The translations under genes were made by a program, and so were the position numbers. This document shows positions 53,624 to 62,936 of a stretch of 64,000 nucleotides of DNA, one piece after another. Numbering within the stretch: the stretch's first letter is position 1; each line of letters starts with the position of its first letter. Below the pieces are notes generated by a model. That model saw only the letters and a list, made by a program, of their open reading frames with translations, searched no databases and was not told the DNA's origin. The DNA lies in the NCBI GenBank assembly GCA_964291215.2, contig OZ219791.1, positions 992,001 through 1,056,000 on the forward strand, in the 5' to 3' direction. The DNA comes from Alphaproteobacteria bacterium (GTDB lineage Bacteria; Pseudomonadota; Alphaproteobacteria; MPNO01; UBA830).

Positions 53624-55013
53624 TATATGACTAGGTTTTGTCCCCTTGATGATGAAATCATCCACAGCAGTTGGGGGCGGGAAAATGTGGATCTGTGGGA
53701 GAGCTATGGTTGCAGAGAGATTCCGCTCCCCTGAGCGAACACGCACAGGGGAGCGGGGATCAAACGATCTCCGCGGAGGTTGCCGTTTTGACCTTGACAG
53801 GGCCGCGACCGAGTGTGGTCGGCCAACCTCCCTTGACGTCCCTCGCTGGATGCTTGGGTTTGAACCCGTATCATCGTAAGGCGAGGAGCAAGGGACGATG
53901 GTCAAGATAGTAGCAGGGGTCAGCAAGGCCAGTCTGGACATCTGGCGCATTGTTTTGCGAACGACGCCACGAGCTGGCGGGCAAGTGGCTTCGCGGCCTC
54001 GGGGTGAGCCGGGTGGTGGGCGACAGGCCGCTATCACCGCAAGGTTCACCAGTGTCTTCATGACCGGGGCTTCGAGGTTATTCTCGTCAACCCGTTGCGG
54101 GCTTCGCCGAGGCGATGGGCCATCTGGCGAAGACCGACCGCGTCGACGCCAAGATCGGCTGGGCGATCTTGAGCCTGTGGCTCCGCCTTCCTCAAAAGCC
54201 TGTAGGATCTCCTGGTGCCGCGCTTGTCGACGCCAAGCAGGTGGCAGATGAGGTGGATGGCGAGACCGTCACAAGGGCCTCGGCGGCCGATCTCGATGAT
54301 CGCATTGCCGGCGCGGCGATCAAAGCGGTGATCGCCGGTGATCCCGAGCAGAGGTACGCCATCCTGACCTCGATCCGGTGACCGCCGCGGCCCTTCTTTG
54401 CTGGATGCCCGAACTCGGCAGCGTCGGCAGCCTTGATCGGGGTGGCGCCGATGGCCAGCGACAGCGGCCAGCACCACGGTGCTCGGCACATCCGTGGCGG
54501 GCGCCGAAGGCCACGCGATCTCCTGTTCATGGCCGCAACCGGCACGCTTCGACGCGGACCTGGTGCGCCTCAAGACTGCCGGCAAGGCCCACAAAGTCGC
54601 GATTGTCGCCGTGATGCGCAAGCTCTGGCGAACACCTTGCTGCGACAGCAGCGTTGCCTGAAGCACCGGTGAGTGAGCGAAGGAGACACGGCCCTCACCC
54701 CTGCCGAGAGCGCGATCGGGACTGTCTCGACAGTCTCCCTCTACGACACGACTTGGGGAGAATGTCTGCAGATCATCGTCGAGGTCGACATCAAGGAGAT
54801 CGAACCGCCTTGGGACACCTGGAACCCGGACGGTCACGTGCCCGGGGACGGCAAGGTAGCCGCGTTCACGTGACCAATGGACGGCAACCCGCCGCCGGGA
54901 CCACAAGCTTCATGTCGCCTCGCTCGCAGAGCAAACCCCACACCGCTTGTGGACAACCACAGAAAACATCACCACAGACACCCGCAAAAACCTTGCCAAG
55001 AAACATGGATGCT
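53624..55013 (+). mobile_element. IS110 element copy B
   Basis: ATCACCT|TATATG...ATGGATGCT|CGCTC; recombinase remnant from ATG 53898 (MVKIVAGV.SKASLD, VNP, LAKTDRVDAK, RHIRGGR). Confidence 0.9.
53710..53890 (+). ncRNA. putative IS110 bridge RNA (copy B)
   Basis: 11-bp 5' hairpin, then two internal-loop domains whose loops match the target and donor sequences; boundaries approximate. Confidence 0.72.
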
Positions 55014-55486
55014 CGCTCGATGCGCAACACGCGTCGCCAGAGGAACTGCTGCGGCCGCGGGCCGTGGAAAACGTGAACCACCGAGACTGCGTCTTCGGTG
55101 AGGACGCCTGGCTGACCCGCAAACCGCGCCAGCCTCGACAACATCGCGCTCGCGGTGATCTTCCCGACGCGAGAGCCTCGCCGAAACACGGCGGCGGCTC
55201 GACCGCCGGGAAGCCGTCGCAGCCCTGAGCACCAATGGTGTCCGGCCGATTCCCGGACGCCGCCCACATCCCGAAAACAACCCGCCCACGCGCCGATAAC
55301 GCCGCCGGCGACGACCGCGGACGGCCCCGAAGCCGGAAAACCCGGCACGCTGTGAAACCTCCAGACAGCAGAAGACAGCAAAATTGAATGCAGCATGAGA
55401 AACGCCTGTCCAAATGGGTAAACGGCGTTGATCGCGGACGGATGAGGCTCCACAATGCTTGGTATTCAATGTGCCGGGAGCAGAAA

Positions 55487-56482
55487 ATGTACATCGACAT
55501 CTACACTCATATCTTTCCGGCCGAATTCTACCAGCGAATGGGCCAGATCGCGCCCAGACTCGATAACATCGGCAAGCGGATGCAGTCGGTGACCGAGGTC
55601 CACGATCTCGACGCTCGTTTCCGTGCCATGGATCCGTTCGGCGACTACCGCCAGATCGTCTCGCTCCCCAACCCGCCAATCGAGGATATCACCACGCCCG
55701 GCCAGGGCATCGAGCTCGCCCGCATCGGCAACGACGCCATGGCTGAGCTTGTGGAACGGAATTACGACCGCTTCCCCGGCTTCGTTGCCGCGTTGGCGAT
55801 GCATGCCATGGACGAGACGATGGAGGAACTCCACCGCGCCATTCGCGACCTTGGCGCCGTCGGTGTCCAGATATTCACCAACATCGCCGGGCGGCCGCTC
55901 GACCATGACGACTTCGAGCCGGTGTTTGCGGCGATGGCCGAATACGACCTGCCGATCTGGATGCATCCGGCACGGTCGGCCACGATGACCGATTATGCAG
56001 CCGAGGAGAAGTCGCGCTACGAGATCTGGTGGGCGCTCGGCTGGCCCTACGAGACCTCGGCGGCGATGATCCGCCTCGTGCTGTGGGGCCTATTCGACCG
56101 CTATCCGGACATCAAGATCATCACCCACCACCTCGGCGGTATGATCCCGTATTTCGAGGGGCGCGTCGGGCCCGGGCTGGATGTCCTCGGTGCGCGGACC
56201 TCGGACGAGGACTATTCGCAGGTCCTGCCGTCGCTCAAGAGGCCGCATGCGGAGTATTTCCGGTTGTTCTACGGCGATACCGCGATGTTCGGATCGCACT
56301 TGGCATTCCAGGCCGGCATGGAGTTCTTCGGTCCCGAACGGGTGGTCTTTTCGACCGACGCACCGTTTGCGCCGGTGCGCGAGACCTTTGAGTCGCTCAA
56401 GGTTATGGAGTTCGACGACGAGGTCAGCAGGAATCTCTACAGTGAGAATGCCGAGCGCCTGATGAAGCGCAGTTTCGCCTGA
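55487..56482 (+). CDS. amidohydrolase_2 family protein (ACMSD/decarboxylase-like)
   Basis: IDIYTHIFP, PIWMHP, THHLGGMIPYF and FSTDAPF. Confidence 0.88.
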   Translation: MYIDIYTHIFPAEFYQRMGQIAPRLDNIGKRMQSVTEVHDLDARFRAMDPFGDYRQIVSLPNPPIEDITTPGQGIELARIGNDAMAELVERNYDRFPGFVAALAMHAMDETMEELHRAIRDLGAVGVQIFTNIAGRPLDHDDFEPVFAAMAEYDLPIWMHPARSATMTDYAAEEKSRYEIWWALGWPYETSAAMIRLVLWGLFDRYPDIKIITHHLGGMIPYFEGRVGPGLDVLGARTSDEDYSQVLPSLKRPHAEYFRLFYGDTAMFGSHLAFQAGMEFFGPERVVFSTDAPFAPVRETFESLKVMEFDDEVSRNLYSENAERLMKRSFA

Positions 56483-56555
56483 CCCCGACCGCTTTCCGAA
56501 TTTCCGTTCCCGGAAGCCGCGGCGCGAAGACCGCGCCGCAGCACGCCTGGAGAGC

Positions 56556-59500
56556 CTATTCCGCGGCCTGGGGCACGGCCTTGGCTTTCCGCATCCGCCT
56601 CTGTTCAACGATTCCCACGGTCATCGACATCATCGGTGGCACTATCGCCATGGTGAGAACCGCCGAGAGTGCCAGTCCGCCAAGGACCACGGATCCGAGA
56701 CCGCGGTAGAGTTCGGAGCCGGCTCCCGGGAACAACACCAGTGGCAGCATGCCGACGACCGAAGTCAGGGTTGACATAAAGATCGGACGGATCCGGTTGG
56801 CCGTCGCTGTTTCGATGGCCGAGATCACGCTGTGGCCGTCGACCCGTATGTGGTACAATGTCTGGTGAACGAGCAGTATGGCGTTGTTGACCACAATGCC
56901 GACCAGAATGACGAATCCCAGCATGGTCAGCATGTCGAGGGGCTGGTTGACGTAGATGTTGAGCAGCGCGAGTCCGCCCAGCCCGCCCGCGGCGGCAACC
57001 GGGACGGAAAGCATCACAACCCAAGGGTACAGGAAGCTCTCGAACAGTACCGCCATCACCAGATAGACGATCACCAGAGCGAGTAGCAGGTCCATCACTA
57101 TGTGATTCCAAGTCGTCAGCAGCTTGTCGGCGCTGCCTGACATGCGAACCCGTACCCCCTCGGGCAGGCCGCCGACGCGATCCGGCGTGAGCACCTTTTC
57201 CTCGATCAGGTTCATCGCTTCCTGAAGCGGCATCGTGCGTTCCGGACTAACTCGGATGGTCATGGTCCGCGCCCGGTCAATCCTCTGGATCTCGGTCGGT
57301 CCCGTGGTCACGGCAACGTCTGCCAGGTTGCCGACGGACACTATTCGGCCGTCCGATGCGACCACCGGCAGTGCGCGGATCGCCTGGGTGGACTCCCTGT
57401 CGATGTCGGGACCCTTGAGAGTGAGGTCAATTCGCTTACCGTCGACGGTGATCTTGGCGACGCGGACTCCATCGTTGAAGGCGTCGACCGAATCGCCGAG
57501 TTCCCGGGCCGACAGGCCGTTGTCCGAGAGCCGCACGCGGTCCGGGGTGATCCTGACCTCCGGTTCACCAAGCGTCAGCGCTGGACGCGGGCGCACGCGA
57601 TGCCCCTTGTTCGGGGGCATGGCGCTGCGGGTCGCGAAGAAGATGTCGCGACCGGCACTGTAGACGGTCTCGAGATCCGGTCCGGCGATCTCGATGTCTA
57701 TGGAGCGGCCCGAACCTATCGATCGGCCGAATAACGAGGGTTGGAACACGAAAGCCATCACGCCCGGCTCGCGCCGCGCGGGAGTTTGCAGGATTGGTAT
57801 CAGCTCATGCGCCTTGCGTGGGTCCACATGGGTGGCAGCGATGAACATGCGGCCGAGACGGGCAACGTAGAAGAAGCGGTCGATCTTGCGGTCTTCGGGC
57901 GGATTGGCCTTTGCTTCGGCGCCGCGTGACCAGTATTTCCTTGTGGCATCCGAGACGTTCTCGGCGATCGCGTGATTGGTGTCGATGTTGTAGCCGGCAG
58001 GGGGAAGGATGAAACCGATCGCGAAATTGCGGTTGCCGGTCGGCAGGTAGTCGAGCTTGGGCATGATCGCGATGGTGATGATGGACGCACCGGCAACGAT
58101 GGCGGCGACGAGCACGAGCGCGACGGGCTTGTTCTGGGTCACGAAGCGCGCGTAACGAGCCCAGAACCTGACGAACCACTTCCCGAAACCGTCGATGACG
58201 GGAAGCCGCACCCGGAAGTCCTCGTGGTCTATTCGGGCGCCGAACAGGCTCTTGGACAGGGCTGGGATAAGGGTGACGGCGACGAGCAGAGACAGCATCA
58301 CCGAGACCGAAATCGCGACCGCTATGTCGCGGAACAACTGGCCCACCTCAAGATCCATGATTAGAATGGGAATGAATACCATGACCGTGGTCAGCGCCGA
58401 GACGAGGACGGCCGGCCACACCTGCTGCGCTCCGTCATAGGCCGCCTCGGCGGCCGACCGGCCCTGCTGGCGCATCCGGAAGATGTTCTCGAGAACCACG
58501 ATCGCAGCATCGACAACCATCCCGACCGCGAATGCTATTCCGGCAAGGCTGATCACGTTGAGCGACCGGCCGAGGACGGCCATGGCGACGAAGGAGCCAA
58601 TGACCGATACCGGGATCGCCATTGCAACCACCACTGTCGGCCGCCACGAACGCAGGAAGATCATCAGTATGATGATCGCCAGGATGCCCCCGACATAGAT
58701 GTTCTGGATGACGAGATCGATCGAGGAGTTGATGTAGTCGGTCTCGTCGTAGACCTGCTCGACGTTCAGTTGCTGCCTCTTCAGCGGTCCGTCCGCCAGT
58801 TCGGCCACGACTTGGCGGACCTCGGCCATCGTCTTGATGACGTTGGCGCCCTGCTCGCGCGTGACGTTGAAACCGAGCGCCGGCTCGCCAAGCTGGCGCA
58901 GGCGCGCCTGCGCCAGCTTGTAGCCGAGCGAAACCGTGCCGATGTCGCGCAACTCGACGCGGCCGATGCCGCGGCGGTTTGAATCGGACCGCAGGACCAC
59001 GGACTCGACCATCTGCGTGGTGGTAAGCTCGCCGTCGGTCCTGACCACGTAGCGCCGCTTGCCTTCCTCGACATCGCCGCCGGTGATCGACGCGTTCGCA
59101 GCCCGGAGGCGGCGCAGGACATCGCTCACCGTCATGCCGTAGCGCGCGAGCGCGTGGGGGGTGACGGTGACGCTCATCTCGCGGTCGGTGTCGCCGAAGA
59201 TGTTGACGCCGGCCACGCCCTCGACCCGTTCGAGCCGTTCCTGGACAACGTTGATCAGGAAGTCGCCGTAGGACGTCATGTCCCGGGTGTTGTCGTCCGC
59301 CCGCGTGAGCACGAACCAGGCGATGGCGTTGTCCTCGGTTCCCGAGGTGGACAGCACCGGTTCGTCAGCCTCGGCCGGATAGCCCGATATACGGTCGAGG
59401 CGATTGGCGACGAGCAGCAGGGCGCGCTCGAAATTCACTCCCGGGGAAAACTCTAGGGTGATCGTGGCGCGACTGCGCTGCGCACGCGAGATCATCTTGT

Positions 59501-59732
59501 TCACGCCCTCGATGCCCTTGAGTTCGTCCTCTTGCGGATTGACGATCTCGCGCTCGATTTCGGCCGGCGCCGCACCGCGCCAGTTGGTCTTGACGATGAT
59601 TACCGGCTGGCGAACATCCGGTGCCATCTGGATGGGAATTCTTTGCAGGGCGACATAGCCGAACAGGATGATCATCAACACCAGCGCAACGACGGCGATC
59701 GGGCGTTGAATCGAAAGGCGGATGATGTTCAT
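56556..59732 (-). CDS. RND efflux permease (AcrB/AcrD/AcrF family)
   Basis: 1058 aa; GMVVDAAIVVLENI, GIVVNNAILLV and RIRPIFMSTLT. Confidence 0.95.
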   Translation of the reverse strand: MNIIRLSIQRPIAVVALVLMIILFGYVALQRIPIQMAPDVRQPVIIVKTNWRGAAPAEIEREIVNPQEDELKGIEGVNKMISRAQRSRATITLEFSPGVNFERALLLVANRLDRISGYPAEADEPVLSTSGTEDNAIAWFVLTRADDNTRDMTSYGDFLINVVQERLERVEGVAGVNIFGDTDREMSVTVTPHALARYGMTVSDVLRRLRAANASITGGDVEEGKRRYVVRTDGELTTTQMVESVVLRSDSNRRGIGRVELRDIGTVSLGYKLAQARLRQLGEPALGFNVTREQGANVIKTMAEVRQVVAELADGPLKRQQLNVEQVYDETDYINSSIDLVIQNIYVGGILAIIILMIFLRSWRPTVVVAMAIPVSVIGSFVAMAVLGRSLNVISLAGIAFAVGMVVDAAIVVLENIFRMRQQGRSAAEAAYDGAQQVWPAVLVSALTTVMVFIPILIMDLEVGQLFRDIAVAISVSVMLSLLVAVTLIPALSKSLFGARIDHEDFRVRLPVIDGFGKWFVRFWARYARFVTQNKPVALVLVAAIVAGASIITIAIMPKLDYLPTGNRNFAIGFILPPAGYNIDTNHAIAENVSDATRKYWSRGAEAKANPPEDRKIDRFFYVARLGRMFIAATHVDPRKAHELIPILQTPARREPGVMAFVFQPSLFGRSIGSGRSIDIEIAGPDLETVYSAGRDIFFATRSAMPPNKGHRVRPRPALTLGEPEVRITPDRVRLSDNGLSARELGDSVDAFNDGVRVAKITVDGKRIDLTLKGPDIDRESTQAIRALPVVASDGRIVSVGNLADVAVTTGPTEIQRIDRARTMTIRVSPERTMPLQEAMNLIEEKVLTPDRVGGLPEGVRVRMSGSADKLLTTWNHIVMDLLLALVIVYLVMAVLFESFLYPWVVMLSVPVAAAGGLGGLALLNIYVNQPLDMLTMLGFVILVGIVVNNAILLVHQTLYHIRVDGHSVISAIETATANRIRPIFMSTLTSVVGMLPLVLFPGAGSELYRGLGSVVLGGLALSAVLTMAIVPPMMSMTVGIVEQRRMRKAKAVPQAAE

Positions 59733-61495
59733 GGTCGCCCGGTCTCCGTCGGGGCAAGCCTGTTGGCGATGACGTTCACATCAGCGCCCGGAGGCAGGGC
59801 TTCGTTTCCATAGGTAATGACCTTGTCGCCCGCCTTAAGGCCCGAGAGCACGATGAAGCGGTTGCCGATGGCGTCGCCAAGCCTGATCTGCCTCGGAAAC
59901 GCCTTGCCGCGCTGCGCGATATAGACGCTTCGGTTGTCGCCGCGATGGACGATTGCGTCCTTGTGGACCGTGGTAACCTCCCTGATCTCGCCGATCGGAA
60001 CCATCACGGTGACGCTCTGGTTCACGGCAAACCGCGCCGAGGCGTCGGCGAACTTCGGGATGAAACGGACCGGTCGGGTTCGCGTACGTGGATTCTCGTT
60101 GGGGATCACGGCGCGGACCGCGCCGCGCAGCCAGGTTCCGTTGTCAAGCTGAAGGCGGACCCGGACGCCCTTCCTCAGCGCGGCGACCCGATCGGACGGC
60201 ACTTCGGCTTCGACTTCGATCTCCTTGTCGTTGATCAACCTGACCACCGGCGTCCCGGTGCCGACATAGGCGCCGATCTCGACGTGCCGTTCGATGACGG
60301 TTCCGTCGTAGGGTGCGCGTATTTCGGTGTTGTCGAGATCGATCTCGATGCGCTTGAGATCGGCCCGCGCTTCACGCTCGAGCGAGCGCCGTTCCTCGAC
60401 CACCGCGCGGCGCGTCCGCACATCGCTCTCAAGGTCCTCGAAGCGTGCGCGCGAGAACGACGATGATTTCCTGAGCCCCTTCATGCGTTCGAATTCCCGC
60501 TTCTTCTTGGCGAGTTCCGCCTCGGCCGTCTTGACCATATTGCGCCTAGTGGTAAGCGCGGCGGCGAACTTGTCGCGGAGCGCGGTCAAGGATTCCCGAT
60601 GCAGGGTCGCGATGACGTCGCCCCTGCTCACGCGGTCGCCGACTTCAACATCCATCTTCTGCACGGCACCGCTGACGAGGGCCGCGACACTGCCGGCGCG
60701 GCGCGCGACCAGACGCCCGATCACGGGATCTGTCTGCGACTGCGATTCAACGATCACCTCATCGACGCGGACAGGACGCGGCGGATGTCCGCCCGATCGC
60801 GGCGCGGCTCCGGTCCTGCCGGCGGATCGGGCCGGCCCGCTGGCGGCGGGTTTCGGGGCGGGGGCTGCGGTGGTCTTCGGGCATCCCTGTCCGGTGAAGA
60901 AACTGCGGATTTCAGCTCCGTCGAGGGTTCCGGACTTGTTGCAGTCTATGTCGTTGAAGTTTGCGGCAAGCGGCCCGCCGGCCTCGCTGCGATCGATGAC
61001 GCCGTTTCCGTTCGTGTCGCGCTCCTTGGCGCGGCCGCCGAGCGGCGGGGGCTGTGCGACGGCGGGTTTCGGGGCGGGGGCTGCGGTGGTCTTCGGGCAC
61101 TCCTGTCCGATGAAGAAACCGCGGATTTCAGCTCCGTCGAGGGTTCCGGACTTGTTGCAGTCCATGTCGTCGAAGTTTGCGGCAAGCGGCCCGCCGGCCT
61201 CGCTGCGGTCGATGACACCGTTTCCGTTCGTGTCACGCTCCTTGGCGCGGTGGGAAAGCGCCGTGTCCTGGGCGGCCGCCAAACCTGCAGCGGCAACCAG
61301 CAGGATTGCGGCGCAGAAAACGACCGGTCCCGGGCCGGCCGTGCGGCCCGCGGGCCTCGCGACAGGGTTTGTGGTCGGGGTCGCGCCGCTGCGCTGTCCA
61401 TCGGGCCGGCGATCTTGGATTGTCGCCGAAGCGTGGTTCGCGGGTGCGCTGTCCGGATGCCGCGCCGACTTGGATGCCTGCAATGTTTCGCTCAT
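59729..61495 (-). CDS. RND periplasmic adaptor (MFP) with N-terminal tandem EF-hand domains
   Basis: VEVGDRVSRGDVIA, IRAPYDG, TRTRPVR and GLKAGDKVI; four EF-hand loops upstream; start uncertain (open to 61618). Confidence 0.85.
   Translation of the reverse strand: MSETLQASKSARHPDSAPANHASATIQDRRPDGQRSGATPTTNPVARPAGRTAGPGPVVFCAAILLVAAAGLAAAQDTALSHRAKERDTNGNGVIDRSEAGGPLAANFDDMDCNKSGTLDGAEIRGFFIGQECPKTTAAPAPKPAVAQPPPLGGRAKERDTNGNGVIDRSEAGGPLAANFNDIDCNKSGTLDGAEIRSFFTGQGCPKTTAAPAPKPAASGPARSAGRTGAAPRSGGHPPRPVRVDEVIVESQSQTDPVIGRLVARRAGSVAALVSGAVQKMDVEVGDRVSRGDVIATLHRESLTALRDKFAAALTTRRNMVKTAEAELAKKKREFERMKGLRKSSSFSRARFEDLESDVRTRRAVVEERRSLEREARADLKRIEIDLDNTEIRAPYDGTVIERHVEIGAYVGTGTPVVRLINDKEIEVEAEVPSDRVAALRKGVRVRLQLDNGTWLRGAVRAVIPNENPRTRTRPVRFIPKFADASARFAVNQSVTVMVPIGEIREVTTVHKDAIVHRGDNRSVYIAQRGKAFPRQIRLGDAIGNRFIVLSGLKAGDKVITYGNEALPPGADVNVIANRLAPTETGRP
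60844..61250. repeat. Intragenic tandem duplication, 216-bp period, encoding EF-hand pairs
   Basis: 60844-61034 and 61060-61250 are near identical. Confidence 0.9.
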
Positions 61496-61832
61496 CTGCG
61501 ATATTCCCGTCACTGGAGCGTCGGACCTGTCTTGTCGCGCGAACGGATTCCCAGTATGCATTATGGTCCCGAACAACAGGAGCCTCTTTCCGGCAACGCC
61601 ACCGACATCGTTTGCCACGGATGAGGCGAAACCGCCGTTCTTCGGGCTCCGCCAAGTTTGTGGTCATCCGCTGCCGAAACCGTCATCTCACCAGCTTAGA
61701 GCATATTATATGGTGGAGTTCCCGTATACGGACAATTCCTCATGTTAAATTTTGTTACATTCGGGATCTGGAGAACATTACTGAGCCCCCGAAGATCGAT
61801 ACACGACAGCGAAGTTCCGGCGTCGTCGGATC

Positions 61833-62197
61833 GTAACCGATCAAACCCGGACGTTCGGTAGATTTGCTGGTTGGCGATGACACCGGCTGCGTTTCGCGTG
61901 CGCGAGGGCAGGCGGGATAGTGGACAGGATCTGTCAGGGGAGGCGGCGCATGGGCTGTTGGCGCCAGATTTTAGCGTGTGGAGATCGGCGTCGTCGGAGA
62001 GGCGACGGTCGTTCAGGCCGCGATCCGTTGCGCCGGCGCCGCTTTGTCCTTGCCGACATCCGACGTAATGGGATCGGCGGCAAAGCGGTCCTTCCACAGC
62101 CGCGGCGTCAGTTGCGCCATGTCCTTTGCGGGATGGCTCGCCACCCGCTGGGGCACATCGACCAGCCAGGTCCAAGGATCCACATCGTGGAGGCAGC
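61833..62197 (-). pseudogene. IS66 right end with TnpC C-terminal remnant
   Basis: GTAACCGATCAAAC terminus (also near 29076); WLVDVPQRVASHPAKDMAQLTPRLWK. Confidence 0.7.
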
Positions 62198-62931
62198 CAC
62201 GGTGATCCCACGCCAGGTTTGTTGGAAGGGTCGGTTTTGCTTGTTCCAGATGATTCGCATTTTTGTCGGCTTTTTGTGAAGCGGCGCAGTATCCGTTGTC
62301 GTGGAGGCAGCGGATTTTTTGAGACGACTCCGGAGGGTTTTGCGCTCCGGGATGTGGTTGTGCGCCTTGCGCGGCCTGATGTCGCTGGAATCGTGCGGTT
62401 GACCGTCATCCTTGGTTTCAAGCAGTTTGCCGGTCGAGGTCTGCGTGTTCACCTGGCGCGGGCGGTGGATTGGCGCTGCGGGCTGGCAGACGGGCGCCCT
62501 CAGCTGCGCACCCGTTGGATTGGCTGGCGCCGCGAGGAACAGTTCAGGCGGTTGCCGGGAACAACACGAGGTTTGTTGTTCCTAGTGGTCGCCGGGCACG
62601 ACGACCCCACGCTGCTAATCCAGCGGCGACCGGCGAGATTTTTCGGTCTGCGTCGCGCTGCAATCGTGCCGCCAAGGCTCAATGAGACCTTCTCGGCGCG
62701 AAAAATTGTGATCAAGAGGCGATCTGTGATGACGCGAGCCCCAATGCACTCGGATTTCGCGTCTCGGAATCAGCATGGGATCGCCGGGTGTTTCCGGGCC
62801 TCGTTTGCGTTGTCGCGGATGGTGCGGCGGCGACCGGGAGGCTGCCGTTGCTTGTTGCGGAGAAGTTTGTCTCGCCGACGAAGTTCAGCGGCACCATGTA
62901 CAAGGCGGCGAACCGGGAGTGCGTTGGCAGG
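62198..62931 (+). pseudogene. Left end and DUF4338 remnant of ISAs1-type element
   Basis: Inverted homolog of about 32700-33443; LGFKQFAGRGL and RWIGW. Confidence 0.75.
62597..62782. mobile_element. MITE family B, copy 3 (right end eroded)
   Basis: Homologous to 34514-34706; flanked by TCGCCGGG on both sides. Confidence 0.75.
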
Positions 62932-62936
62932 AGCTA

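Larger units (their letters stand above)
51000..55360 (+). pseudogene. DUF4338 plus ISAs1-type element split by two IS110 insertions
   Basis: Removing the IS110 copies restores PEGFRLS|EVEVRE and YIIT|SLDAQHASPEELL; also ALAADGKRIRGA and NHRDCVFGED; outer ends approximate. Confidence 0.75.

Noticed and set aside
51152-55013. Composite transposon carrying the central 1.2 kb
   Set aside because: Each IS110 copy has its own precise insertion site in one pre-existing ISAs1-type element, so these are independent insertions.
56556-59732. Non-canonical proton-relay residues in the RND permease (VDAAI, VNNAI)
   Set aside because: These variants are common in this RND subgroup and are not evidence of novelty.
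61690-61760. CtrA box or operator in the AT-rich region upstream of the MFP
   Set aside because: The TTAA-N6-TTAC spacing does not fit TTAA-N7-TTAA, and the 10-bp palindrome CCGTATACGG is too short to call.
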